From assembly GCA_040954595.2 (NCBI GenBank), contig CM082595.2, positions 7,608,317 through 7,672,316 on the forward strand: 64,000 nucleotides of DNA, read 5' to 3'. The notes below the pieces were generated by a model that was not told where the DNA came from, did not search any database, and was given only the letters and a program-made list of their open reading frames with translations. This DNA is from Balanoglossus misakiensis (taxonomy: Eukaryota > Animalia > Hemichordata). Of this stretch, positions 11,725 through 25,442 are shown one piece after another. Both the position numbers and the translations under genes were made by a program. Numbering within the stretch: the first letter of the stretch is position 1; each line of letters begins with the position of its first letter.

Positions 11725-14700
11725 ATGGAAACTGACTCGCCTCGTTATGCTCTGGTAACTGGTGCAACAAGTGGTATCGGTCTTGTTATCGCACGAAGAC
11801 TGGCCAAACATGGCTACCATATCTTCTTCAACGGATTTGGAGACAGCACACTGATAGCACAAGTGAAAGAACAATTTGAAGACTGTAATGTGAGAGCATA
11901 TTACATTCCAGGCGATCTAACCAAGCAAGATGACATAGAGAATATCTGCAAAGAAATACAAAAAATCAGAAAGTCTGGGGTCCATGTTCTTGTCAACAAT
12001 GCAGGTATGTCAAAGTCATGACAACAGAATATGATTCACACAAGTTCTGCATGAAACTGCATCCTTGACTTGTTTATTAGCATATCCTTTCAAGGTCCAC
12101 CAGCTCCCAGGCTTGCTGTAGCTGTAAAATTTCATTTTAGTCAAGATTCAGTTTCATCTATAGACTATAACCTATAATTTTCAGTTTTAAAGCCTTATCA
12201 TTTGCTGGTCTGTGGGGCTAATGAGAACAAACTATTCACTCATTCATTCATTTTATTGCCTTTTTTTAAATGTTTAACTTACAAGCACAAGTTTGCTAGG
12301 TAAGGGGAAAATTAGACAAATATTGAGTCAGAAAAATCAAATGGGAGCACGTTCTCCTTGTCTACGACTAGTTGAAATGGCGACATTGAATCCTGTCTCA
12401 TGAAAGTCTCTTTTATTTACAATGCAGGTTTTCAACATGTTTCCCCAGTTCAAGATTTTCCGGTTGACAAATGGAATGACATGATATCTGTCATGTTGAC
12501 AGCACCATTTATATTCATCAAACATCTCTTGCCAGGAATGCTTGATCAAGGTTAGAGTTTTGGGCTTTATGCAGATACCAGATATGTATTATATATTAAC
12601 CCCTCGACTACCAAGCTAGTTGAAAATTAACGGCACCATATTGAAATGCTAATTCTTTTCTATCAATCACGTGATCTGGCCATGTGACCATCGGCATTGT
12701 CATTACCAGGTAACGGGCAAACAATATCTTGGCATTCAGTAAAAGTTTATTCCGCGGGTGTTTATACTTTAGAACCGCCGGACCTGTAACATGGTGCCAT
12801 ATCAGCCTCATGGCGTTTCGTCTGCACAGTCTTTGTCTGCACCACATTGTTGAAGTTGCCCGTCATCTGGAAATTTGAATGCCAATGTAACTGCGCTTTT
12901 GCGCGTCTGACGTCATTTGATACTGAAGAATATGCCTTACATGTCAGATAATTATGGTGCAAATTAATTAGGAGCTGTAGTTTGGTTGGATATATATTTG
13001 GGGGGAGGGGGGGGGGAGGTGTGGCAAGACTAGATGCAGCCAAGTTGTACTAAAATAAACTTGAATTTTTCTGTTTAGGCTGGGGCAGAATCATCAATAT
13101 TTCATCTGTCCATGGACAAGTTGCATCAAAGAATAAAACTGGCTATGTATCTGCTAAACATGGTATTATTGGTTTAACTAAGGTGAGTTTGTAATGAAAA
13201 ACAAAATTATAGCCTTGGTTAGATTCATGTTAGCTCACCAGTGCATTTGTATGTGTGTGTGTGTGGGGGGGGGGGGGTCTTTCTGTCAGTGAACATGAAT
13301 ATAATAAATCTCATGATCAGCTGAACATATTCAATTCAAATTTGTCTTACAGGTACAGAAATTGCTATTATTTATTGGATATAGTATTGCCAAGAATGAC
13401 ATCATTTCTACAGGGTATAAAGAGCAAACAATCTGTCTACAGTCACGGTTGATGCATGAATGATGATTCTTGTCACCAAATTGATTAAGTGAAGCAAATC
13501 TTATAACAATTTCTAATAACGAAATGGTCTTATTTTTTTGCCTTCAGACCGTTGCCTTGGAAACAACAGGCACAGGTGTCACCTGTAACGCCATATGTCC
13601 CGGTTTTGCATCAACAGAAAGTGAGTGGTCAATTTTCATTTATCTCAATAATGACTGACGGTACTCACTCGAATCACAAATTGGGGACTGGTCAGTTCCT
13701 TCAGCCAGGGGGGGGGGGGGGGTGGATTCATGGGGGAGGTCACCCTGGGAATTGGGTGGGAGGGGGGGTCACCTACTTTCCCATGTTTCAAGTGGGGGGG
13801 GGGGGGTCAGTTACTTTTTGATCTCCCAAAATAGAATTATACCCCCCCCCCCCAAATAGTAGTGAAAAATACAGAATTTTGGTGAACTGACTCAACAGAG
13901 CATTGCATAGCATTGCATAGCAGCATGATCATATAGAAACCAAATGCACTTTTGTTGGGGTATTGAAATGTGAGGCCAGACTATTTCACACAGACTGGAA
14001 ACTCATAATGGTAATCACAATTACACTGTCATCAGTGCATTGAAGGCCTATAGTGAACTGCCGTATTGTACAGCGTATTTACTTACATTGGCCTTACACA
14101 GCTGTGCATCCTGATTTATTACAGCAGTTTCATTCAGGATGGTATCCACAGGGGGGATATGTCCCCCTTTGGCAGAATATTTGAAGGGGATTCCACTCTG
14201 GCAAGGGGGGACTATAATATCTTCAACATGTTGAATGACACTATTTTAAGGGGCACTGGTCCCCCCTTGACAAATTGCCAGGGGGTGCCATTGTATCAAT
14301 AGGGGTGAATCCCCCCCCCCCTTGTTACATGGTCTCATTTCATTCCCTATCGGTGTTGCATCGATCCAGTGGGACCTGGTCTCTGATAATGATTTCTGTT
14401 TTCACTTGAAGTTTTCTGGAAACAAGCGCAAGCACAGGCAAAAGAGCTGGGAATATCAGAAGAAGAAGCAAAGGTGAGAAAATCATTATTTTTATTTTCT
14501 TAAGTTATATCACGGATGATGGTTTTATTTTTCAAAATTAGCATTTCGAAATAAAAATGGGTAGGAAAAAATGTCAGAAGTTTCAAATAGTGGACCTTTC
14601 ACACATAACATGGTGTATCATGTGACCAACTTTATCAGGGTTATAAGCATGTCAAAGCACAGGGGCACTCCCTCCATGCTTTTATTGTGTGTGTGTTTGT

Positions 14701-15800
14701 TTGTTGTTATTGATTTGCATAATAAATAACTATACAATGATAGTTTGTTTGTAAATATGGTCATGTTTGTTTGTTGTCATGTTAGGTTTAGGGTATATTC
14801 AACAGTTAGGGATAGGGCTGGGATTCTTTCACTGCACAGCATGCATTGGGAGTGATATATTTGTTTGTTATAAAAGTGTGGAGGAGCGCCCCCTGTGGTC
14901 CAAGTGATCTTGGGTACATGGGCTAGTGACTATTGTCATAAGTTGTGGATGTACATGTAAGTCCAAAGTCATTTTTCCGCATGTGAAATTCATACTTTCT
15001 CATTGAATATTTTCAGCGTAACATTTTGGGTGTGAAGCAACCGTCAGGAGAACTTGTTGAGAGTGATCATGTAAGTATAGGATTAGTACTTTCTCTATCA
15101 CTGCATTGATTGAGTGATAACTTGTATTTTGATACAAGTGGGGCCGTCCTTGTCACGTTCATGACGGTCATGAACGTGACAAGGACGGCCATTGACCCAT
15201 GACCTTCCCTTCTTCTGGTTGTATGGGGTTTCAAAATTCAATAGTTTTAGTCCAAAAATGGGTAAAATATTGCTTGATAAAAGAGACACTTTGGTCATTC
15301 CGTACATAATTCATTGAAGTCAGCGGCAATTCTTTACTATGGATCACATGATCTGGCCATGTGACCCACGGCGTTATCATTTCCAGGTGACGCAGACTGT
15401 GACGGGCAAACAATATTTCGGCATCCAGTAAAAGTTTGTCTGAGCGTGTTTAGAACTGCCAGACAGGCAACATGTATCAGGCATGGTGCCTCATCAGCCT
15501 CATGGCGTTTTGTCTGCACAGTCTTTGTTGAAGTTGCCCGTCATCTGGAAATTTGAATGCCTACATGACAGCACCTGACGTCATTTGATATCACAGAATC
15601 ATAGTTTTGTAGAATTTTTCATCAGACTAATGGATTCATACCAGCAGATGAAGATTGTGTTCGATCACAGTGGAATGTGATTTCTCTGTATCTTTTTTTT
15701 CTTGCAGATTGCAGAATTAGTGATTTTTATGTGCTCCCCAGCTGCAAGTCAGATGACAGGTTCTAGTGTAGCCATGGATGGTGGATGGCTTGCGCAATAA
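11725..15800 (+). CDS. bdhA: D-3-hydroxybutyrate dehydrogenase, bacterial BdhA-type classical SDR (7 exons, ~260 aa)
   Basis: Exons 11725-12004, 12428-12550, 13079-13182, 13548-13620, 14412-14473, 15017-15070, 15708-15800, all GT-AG and in phase. Motifs [57 protein letters not shown]. Confidence 0.92.
12655..12920 (+). repeat. Interspersed repeat; copies at ~15330-15590 (+) and ~49795-50070 (-)
   Basis: Shared ATCACGTGATCTGGCCATGTGACC...CAGCCTCATGGCGTTTCGTCTGCACAGTCTTTGT...CTGACGTCATTTGATA. Confidence 0.75.
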
Positions 15801-16535
15801 TTACTGGCAGTTACTGTTGCCATAGAGACGATTAAGAATGCTGAATATGATATTGCCAGTTCTTGTCTGATTCAACGGTAGTTTTGTTTGCAAGGTACTA
15901 GGTTAGTAATCTATGATGTGAAAAAAAATTATTGTGAAAAATAAGAAAAAAAAATCTGAAGTCCTGCAGTGTGTGTACTGTAATGCGTAAACAATTATGA
16001 GAAAATTAGTTCTTGGCAATTCAGAAAGTGCTCATTCAATTTCTTTGAAGTTTGGTTTCCAGAGTCCTAACAAAATATTCCACTAAAGTTGAATTGTACC
16101 ATAGGCTAACATTATAATTTTCCATTCATTCCAACTCAGGGCATAATCTTATTCAATCAAAAAGCAATTCCCAGAAACTTAAATAGTCTTCTTCAGTTTT
16201 TGTATCAATTTCTTTTCTACATTTCCATTACAAATGTAATCAATATGTACATCATCATTTTATTATAGGTATTTCAGTAATGAGAAGGGAAATTTAAGAA
16301 ATAAACATTTATAAATTGTATTTTAATATCTAAAAACAGCATTAAATATGTTTCACAAACAAAGATTTGTATTTTAATATCCAAATACAGTATTAAATTT
16401 TTGTCAAAACATCTTCATGTGTAAGACATTTGGTGTAATAGTAATACATATATTTCATGTCAAGACAGTACATGTACTACATTTAGAGGTTATAAACAAA
16501 AGAAGAACTATTTACAAAGATGTGAGTGGCTGTTG

Positions 16536-19500
16536 TCATCTGACCCAGATTGCAATTTTCTTGTTGGCAACTTGGACCAGCTCTGAATTCAGAAAACCAA
16601 AGGATGGTGAACTCCATTCAAAGTCTCCATGAAGACTGCCAGTTGCATATTGGCTTTTCAGCATGATCTCATCCTCATTGGCGGCCAGGTGACACGATTT
16701 GCCCCCTAGAGCTGCACTTCCCATATGGAGACCTTCATCAAAGTACCTTGAACAGACAATGATTGAAATAACATGTTGAATTAGGCGCTGTCTTAACTTT
16801 TGCTGATTCTTGGCACCTGAGAACAGCCAAGACAGAGAACGGAACAGCCAAGAAGGAGACAGAGAACGGAACAGCCAAGAAGGAGACAGTGAACAGAAGA
16901 GCCAAAACGATCACAAAAGATATCAAAAAGAGCGCCTAACTCTACATCTGATTTTAATCATAATGATTAAGTTGTGAATATTTTACAAACATGCCCACAA
17001 TGTTTTTTTTCACTTTACATTGATGGTAAGGTTAAAGTTGACCTGAAAAGTATCAATAAAATATTTTTTTTATTTTTGAACGGAAAGGCGAAAGACAAAT
17101 TACTACCACAGAAAAATTGTTTTAAGTGTGTATTTTCGGCAAAAAGTGCATTTTCCGAAGTTCTGTCACATTTTCCCACGAAAACTCAAATCCGGAAGTG
17201 TGACGTCAATTCAAGAACCGCCCTGTCGTACATAGAAGGCAATGGCGGTCGCCCCCGAGCACCTGTCGAATAACGACTCCGACAGTGTTTAGTCATCTTC
17301 CTAAGATTGATAAATGTTGTAAAATACAGGAAAATAGATGACAGCTTTTGTAGTTATACACTGAATATGTCGTCTATTGCGAACTGAGATTTCAGGGTAT
17401 CGGTCACATAAGTAATGTTAGGCCAAAATAAAAAAATATGTGCCGTTCCGATCACCCAACCTACCCTAATTTTAACCCCGCCGACCCTAAACTTTTTAGA
17501 GCTTCGTAAATCCGGAAGTAAAAATAACGATATCAAATATACAAAATTTATGAAAATTGCGCATCACGCAAGAAATATGACGTCATTCTTCTATGGCGGC
17601 CAGAGAAATAAAAAAAATCGCAAATAAAAAAGTGTCCTTACCTACCTACCCTATTTTTGACAACCATGTAATCGGAACAGCACATTTTTATGGCCTAATC
17701 ACGCAGCTAAGCGACCCTAAATCAAAGCAAAAAAATTGAGAGAATTATGAACAACTACCTGTAAGCTTCTTGAGCATTATAGCCCCAGCAAATGATGGCA
17801 CCGCTGAACTTCTTATCCACTCGTGTTTGTTTGATGATATTCCAGGTGTAATCCATATTGTGTCGACTATATGACGACCAGGAGTTTTCCAGAAAGAGCG
17901 TATTTCGTTTGTGTTTTGGAAAACAGGCGTAGGCGTCATCAGTTGGTTTCCAATCGGCGTCATCGTCATAGAAAGTGAAACGGACTTGTTGACGGCCTGT
18001 TGGGGTACAATAATGATAATAACACTTTATTTTATGGAAAGCCCAATGTGTACATAAGGAGAGAAACGGTAAAGAATCTTAGCCGGCTTAGACAAAAGTC
18101 ACTAACGGAACGTTTGCAATATAAAATCTGTGCATTTACACCAGTGAAACATGTCCATATATTAAGGACGCCTCTGGGACTAAATCTGTCCGGAGGTGTA
18201 CATGTAACATTCTATTCAAATTGTAACGTTTGTCTTGAAAAAAACTGCCCTTAATAGAGAAATGTTCTGATTAGAGAGGTGAACGTAACGACAAAGGCTT
18301 CCTCAAGAGCTTAATGAGAATGTACTATCTGTCACTCGTGTCTGAAGACCAGATCGCAACAAACAATAAATTTGATCACTTTCCAAGCCTAATCGCTTCT
18401 CCCAGACACATAAATGTGGTGTATTTATTAAAGAGAGACAGAACAAGCCGTGGTTCAAAAAACAAACAAACAGATAGTGAATGCTCACATAGCGACGGCC
18501 TCACCCATAGTGAAGATATCCCGGATGATTGAATTCTTCAGATGAATCCCAGTTTCAGAACCAATCCCATTTTCCAATCGAACCTCCTCCCTCTCATGTA
18601 CGACGTGGAATAAGTTGGCCTCTTTCGGATCCACGTCTGATCGACGGCAGTCTCTTCCGTTTTTATCCGGACACACCCAAGCGAAATCGTCCGTTACCCT
18701 GGCAACTAATGTCCACCCACCACCGGCTGTTGACATATCACAGTAGGCTTGCATTGCGTTTTCTCTGTCGTCCCTGGAATTAAGCACACCATACAATAAC
18801 ATGGAGGATCTTCATATTTGTTAAAGGGACAAAGTCTCTCTCTCTCGCTGCCTCTTTTTCCATTAATTTTGTTTGATACAAGACAATGTTTGTGTTGTTC
18901 TACATGAGGATATATAGTGAATCTACGTCCGACCACACACAACTTCCACCCCACTTGTAGACACGAGAGTCAAAAACTCGCCAAAATGAATAATCGGTCT
19001 TTACAGTTGATTAATTTTGGCGAGAGTTTTACTCTCATATCCTAAAAACGCGATGGAACTTGTGTTTTGTCTAACATTGATTGACTATCTATACCGGGGT
19101 TTTCTCACTTCTTCATGTTCAATGGGGGCCGTTACTTTTTGATATTCATCCCCCCCCCCGGCCGAAGAAACAGACCAGTCCCTTAGGAAAATATGCGCAT
19201 CTCAGAATGTTATTTGTGAATTTCCATTGCTAATGAAATCAATCTTACCAGTCCGATGGATTCAGCCAGTACATGCCATCACCTCGATTGTCGTTGTTAA
19301 ACAAAGCGTCCAGGCAGGTCTTGGGAAGTTGATGTGTATTTTTGTCTTTTTGTGAAGGAAATAACACTTTCCATCGTTGACCATTACAGATATCCAGACT
19401 GTCACCTGGAGATAAAATGTGCATAAGATTGGTCCAATCGATGACAAACACTTATTAGTTCATCTGGAGATAAACCCTTAATTGTCTGACTTGGATATTT

Positions 19501-21687
19501 TCTCAACATATCAGGTACAAAACTACTAAGAGGTGATTGTCTGCCGCCCTCAGCAGTCGTAGCTCGGTGCGACAGCGTCCATCAAATTTTACATTCCAAG
19601 CTTCTTGAAAACGTCAGTCCCGCTAATTATTTAGATTTTTGTGAGGAGATTCCCAAGGATGTCCAATTCAGGTTTGCTCCATTTTGACGAAATCGGGAAC
19701 ATTGTAGTGTGGGGCCGGGGGTAATTTTTTTCCGCATCCTATTTTCGTCAAATGTCTACTTTAATAGTGTCTAATATTGCGTTGAAATGTGATGCGCATT
19801 TCCGTAGGAATGATCGTATATGTCGGATATTTCAATAGCGGCTGGTCAGACTTGTAGATTTGGTGGGTAAATATTAACTTGGGGTCGTCAGATTAGGCCT
19901 ATGATGAATGTGGATTCATATTCAGCAGGATGGCATGCAATGTACTATCAGTTGGACGTAAGATACGCTTCAAGTTTTCAACATTTGTCCCTTGCACGGT
20001 ACTTTTGATTTCAAAAGTGAAAATTTTCACACTGGCTTCCACATTTACGACATATAACACCATTGATTATGGAGAACACATTTCTGTCTTACCTGACGGA
20101 TGAAGACGGATCATGCCTTTGTTACTATTATGACATCTTTCGCCACTGGCAGCAAATTGAGCCATGAAAGGACGATCTCCACAGTTGACTGACCTGTCTC
20201 CATCACTCTGCCAAAATACCACCACAAATTAAATTCAGATCTTATACAATGTATATGCGTTCATCAAATGATTAAAGAAGCAATTTTTAATCCTTGGTTC
20301 TCGCATTAACTCTTGTTGACATTGACTGTTTGTGTGGTGCAAACCTTTTGTTTTCCATTGAAATCTCTTAATCCGTTTGCTTTTGGATAAAGCTGATAAG
20401 GAACGTGCGCCTTTAAACTAATTAAACCAAATATAAAAGGGATGCCTACCTCGGATTGTTCTGTTGACTTTGGAATGACGCCCTCACCGTCGGATCTTCC
20501 GTCCTGCCAACCAATATCATCTGCATGCATTCTACCAGGAAAAAAATTTAGTCAGCAAATCTTACGCAAGAAAATGACGTGTGGAAATGTACGAAAGTTT
20601 TGAATAAAATTGATATTTTTGTCATTAGTGAACATTGGCTGTTTCCGCGCTCCATGAATTCCTTGAACACCGTTGATCAAAATTTCACATCATTATTTGG
20701 AGTGACTGATAGAGCCTTAGATATAAATGCCACATATATTTTTTTCCTTACGAGGACAAGGTGGTGTAGCCTTTCTCATGGACCACTTCGCGGACAGAAT
20801 AACGCAGGGGTTTGTGGGACAGTTTGCATTAGCCATGTACGCTATGTTGAACGCAAATTATACCATCATGCATTAAAATCAGATTGGCATTGCAGATACC
20901 CAATCCGCGAAGTGGTCAATTAGAAAGTCTCTCGTCCCATTCGTATAAGTTAATTATAGATTTTGGAGATGACAATTTGTCGGCTTAAGAATTGATTAAA
21001 ATACTGGTAACCGACTGAAAAATTCATTTTCATTTTCGCTGTCTATCTACCACCTGTTAATAGTTCCTGTGTCATCAATCTTGAAAACAACACGTCACAT
21101 TACATTGACTTCTCATTCGGCGTGAAATTAATAGCATCTGTACCCTCCCCCAGAATGAGTTTTGCAAAGTGCGACCCTCTCCCATGAACACGAACTCTTC
21201 CCATTCCCCCCGTGCCTAGTACCCCCCCCCCTTTCGTTATTACTGAAGGTTCCCTTATAGCCTGATAGTTTTTCATGTTGCTTGAAGAGCAGGCTTTTCG
21301 CGTCGCAGTTGTCTTGACCCCGTTCTTGGTGACATGACCGCTTAAGGTCAACGCCCCCCCCCCCCCCCCCTTGAAAACATGCATCCTTCTCGTGAGCGAG
21401 AATGTAATTTCCTCGCCTCTTCTGGCAATGCGGCAGCTTTTGTCGTAAAGTGGCATTAGGCCTGATTGATATAAAATATCGTGAAATAAACCTGTGGGCA
21501 TCATATTTCATTTAGAGATTTCTCTGTTACCAGGGCAGCGATGAAAACAGCCAACACAGACTCGCACTACGAGTACTTACCTCGAGGCATCGTACACACT
21601 CGCGGCATCAAGCAACCAATTTGAATGAGTACTAGCACGGAACACAACCATGGTTAGCAATATCCGACCAACAGAAGAACGTGTCAT
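16536..21687 (-). CDS. Fibrinogen/intelectin-like (YCDxxxxGGGW) protein, probably secreted, 7 exons, ~390 aa
   Basis: Exons 21687-21581, 20531-20450, 20207-20093, 19405-19249, 18773-18505, 17996-17759, 16746-16536 join in frame. Motifs PKTCLDAL...GDGMYWLNP...QAYCDMSTAGGGWTLVAR and C-terminal IAIWVR*. Confidence 0.85.
17421..17695. mobile_element. Harbinger-like MITE; inverted copy at 41209-41476
   Basis: GGCCAAAATAAAAAAATATGTGCCGTTCCGAT...ATCGGAACAGCACAT..TGGCC termini with TWA flanks; two copies. Confidence 0.7.
20590..20780 (+). pseudogene. Fragment of a non-LTR APE endonuclease domain
   Basis: IDIFVISEHWLFP... then, after a frameshift, RGQGGVAFL; intronic. Confidence 0.5.
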
Positions 21688-22855
21688 GTCTTTTAACATA
21701 TGTCAGACGACGAAAAAAACGTGAACAGCATGCAGCATCTAAGACAAGTCAAATGAAGGGCGCGATATTCTACCAAATTTATTCTGGTATAAATGACGAG
21801 AAACTTTATTCAAATTGGTTAGTGAAATATTATGCACGGTGATTAAGAAAACATTGTATCGCATGAATGGCGAGGATTTCCCGACAAATCCATTTGCATG
21901 ATGTGGGGACTTGTCGCGGAAACTTGACAGATAGAAAAAATATTCCGCTTGTGTTAGGCTATATTTTTGAGTTAAACTGTGCGTTTAAAGACTTTGAACC
22001 TTATTTGAAATTTTATTTAAAGTAGTACAATACACAACGTCAAGAACTTGCAGATCCAGTACGAACACACAGTGTTATCACCCCTGGGTAAATTAGATAC
22101 TTCAAGACAGGTGCAGAAACGCGAACAGCACGGCAAATACATGGCGCAACACAGAGTTAGGGATACACCGCTCACTAAGTACACGTGCACTCGCATGCCC
22201 CACGCATGTGATTTAATACGTCATCGCATGCTCACGACACCCCGAAAGTATCTTGGATTCGGTTGAAAGTAGGCCACTTCCCTGGGATCAAACTGGAGAA
22301 ACCCGGGGTCAACTATTGAAGGAGAACAGCTTTGTTTTGTCTGCATATAATCTCTGGTTCAGTTGAGTTGGCACGGCAACCATTCATTGAAGATGCTTAG
22401 GCCTACCCAGTTTCTCATAGCGGTATGCCGTAGGCCCAGAAATACCACCGACATTCCGGTAGCATTTTGTTTAAAAGTAATCTTGCCAATACTAATTCTG
22501 GGCTTATTTCAAACACAAACGCAGCTTCGTTTCAGGATCCGATTTTATCAAGGAAGCTGATATCTAGCCTACGTCTCCAACTTTAGGCCAAGGCATCAGA
22601 TAAGGCCAATGCTAACGATAACAGTTGACATATTTTCAGAATGATAATAATAACACCATTTCTCAAAAACAAGGGCCACCGCCTATCATTTTCCATAAAC
22701 TTACAAAATCAAATGAAAATATAAACGGACACGTGAAAAGAAAATTACATTACTTCAAGTCTAATTTGCAAGTAAGAAACAGGAAAAGTTATTGCTCCGA
22801 CTTTACAGCTTCATCCCTTCTCAACATCGCTTTATGAATGTAAACAGATAAATAA

Positions 22856-23400
22856 GGGACCGTTCAGTTTTTACGGCTGGGGGGTCGGCAAGTATGTGTC
22901 ATGGGTTTTCAAAATCAGGCCGACCCCCCGTCACCGAGGACCACAAAATGATGACCCCCCCCCCTACACCGAAAACATTCTCCGTCCTGATCCTATGTAC
23001 ACTGTATGCATTATAGGGAATGAGGGTTCCCACACCTCAATTCTAAATTTCTTAAAGTAATCGAAGTATATAATAGTATGTCGTTGCAATAATAATGAAT
23101 AATGAATAAATTAAAATGACAAGCAAAGCGAACAAAATACGGCTAGGACTAGGCTAGTAGGATTGGTAAAACAAGAAAAGTGGCGGGGGTGGGTTTTCCC
23201 ACATGAGAAAATTTTGTAAAATAAAGGGCGCGAAACTGCAATTTTGTGGCCTCAAAAGCAAAAGTTCGGTGACAGAAGTATGTGACCCCACTAAACGTTT
23301 TAAAAAAAAAAAAACATGACCCCCCCCCCTTTTGGACTTCAAAATTTAAGTGACCTCCCTGGATTTTGCCGACCCCCGGCCGTAAAAACTGAACGGTCCC
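22856..23400. mobile_element. PIF/Harbinger MITE with TAA TSD; related copies at 1-745 and ~57070-57845
   Basis: TAA|GGGACCGTTCAGTTTTTACGGC ... GCCGTAAAAACTGAACGGTCCC|TAA. Confidence 0.85.
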
Positions 23401-23520
23401 TAAAATAGTAACGGCGTGCTTTGACGATAACAGTGAGGTGAGGTTGCAATAGTCGGTTGGTCGTTTACACAGGCACACGGAAACATTTCTCAGAGTTCAG
23501 TGTACATCGGACAGAACATT

Positions 23521-23760
23521 AGCCGTCCGAGTCGGTAACAAGTCGTTACGGCACTTAATCTTCTCGGTTCAGCCTTTAATTTACTCGATCCCGGTCGTTT
23601 CGGCCCAGACGCAAACCGATTCTGCAATTTGCAGTTCAGTAAAGTTGGCGAACGGGATAGTCCGGGAACGCCGGGAGCAGGAACGCCGGGAGCAGGGCTA
23701 GCGGATGGGACAATTTACAAAATGACATAATTGTAATAGAAGCGAGCGTGTTGTCAGATC
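23521..23760 (+). repeat. GC-rich interspersed repeat; second copy at 33152-33408
   Basis: Near-identical AGCCGTCC.AGTCGGTAACAAG...CGGGATAGTCCGGGAACGCCGGGAGCAGGAACGCCGGGAGCA...GTGTTGTCAGATC. Confidence 0.8.
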
Positions 23761-25442
23761 CATGGCAGTAGATTGGTGTGGACTAGTGACAGGCCAGTGT
23801 TGGAGTTGCCATTGTACATACCAATTGACAAAGCACTGAATTAACACAAGCCTTATCTCCATGACAACAAGGACTGGGTTGTTTTCTATTCCGTGGCAAA
23901 GGCAGTTCATTGAATGGCTACATAGACCGTGGTTGTAGTACCAATCTACCTTTCTTTTAATTTATGCATTATGAATAATAAGTAGCCATACATTGTGCAA
24001 TATGTCAGTGTTTGACAGAATTTATGTATGAATCTGTTGTATATCCTTGTGTATGTGTGAGTGAGAGAGAGGGAGCCCCCAACGTGCATGTCTAGTGTAG
24101 TTGATGTGTATTCTTTTATATAAGCATCTGTATCTCCACGCAGATTCCTGTGTTCTGTATCTCCACGCAGATTCCTGTGTTCTTTTAAGTTTTTTTTCCC
24201 CAAGTCACAAATTGTACTGCCTTGTTTTCAGGAAACGTCTTTGCATTCAACTGATATTTCCTCACTCACCTATATGGTTTATGTATATTCTCACAGAGTG
24301 CCCGACGGCAGAATTGTTAGCCATTTCTGTCATTGGAAGTCAAATGAAATTTTGTAATTCAGTTTTCGGCCACAATACCTGGTTATCTGTTTACAGCATT
24401 GCATTTGGTTATTCGACGTCTTAAGATGAACAGAAAACGAACTTTGTTCTGACTTTTATAGATTTTTCATTTTCATTTTTTTTGCTGCTGTTCAACAAGA
24501 ATACACAAGGCTTTGTTGAATTTTCAACTTTGTTGAACAATCCCAATTTGACATGATGACATGAGCGAGCTAGCCTTTAACAGTGACACAGGCTGTCCAG
24601 TATGTTTTCATTGCGTTTTATTCTCTTCACGTTTTAAAAAGTCTCAAACAAGTGTCAGTAGATTAAAGTTCACCTGAAAACCGATTTAATGTCTGTCTGT
24701 AAGAATTGATCATCAGTAGGTTCGTGTGTGTTTACTTTATGAGTGGTAGGGAAGCTTCCAATAGGTCGCATTCGTGACCCCTGTATGACCTTACATCCTT
24801 GTACATTGTGTGCTTCAGTTCGTATGGGTATGTCAAAATTCAACATTCCAGGAATGAAATGTGGGAAATGTTGCTTGAAAAGAGTCAATTATGTAATTTA
24901 GTGCATAATTTATTGACTACAGCTGCAATTATAGAGGTCTGATGGATTCTAACTAACGGAAGTACATGTAGGGGTCATGAAAAGTCAAGTCCGTCAAGAA
25001 AGTATGGACTTTCAGCTTAAAAGACCAGGAAGTGTTGTCAAGTATTTCGTAAATAGTAAGCGCACCCTGCTCCACATGTCGCAACCGCCATATAATCAAC
25101 CTCGAAGTCAAAATATCAAGCAATCACACACACAAACATATATTCTATGTCTCATAAAAACTTCTGAGATATGCGAGTAAATTATTTCTCTTTCACGCGT
25201 CTAGGTCTGGAAATAAACTAGTGGTAATAAAGGAATCGTCATGCTATTTGCATTGCTTTAGCTTTACTTTATTTCACATATATAGTAGTTTTTTCTACAT
25301 TTCTTCTGATTGGTAATTTTTCATAATACATGTATAGATAATTTCTGAATTAATATGTGCTTTCTTTCGACAAACAGTAAAATTAATATAGTCTACCTCT
25401 GAATATATGATTTGTGACATTTTCGACTAATTCAATTCGTTA

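Noticed and set aside
11725-15800. Bacterial contamination as the source of BdhA
   Set aside because: Six canonical spliceosomal introns containing host repeats
16820-16900. Hydrophobic 62-aa ORF with repeated VSFLAVPFS
   Set aside because: Short intronic tandem repeat; a similar 27-bp duplication at ~24127-24182 is also uninformative
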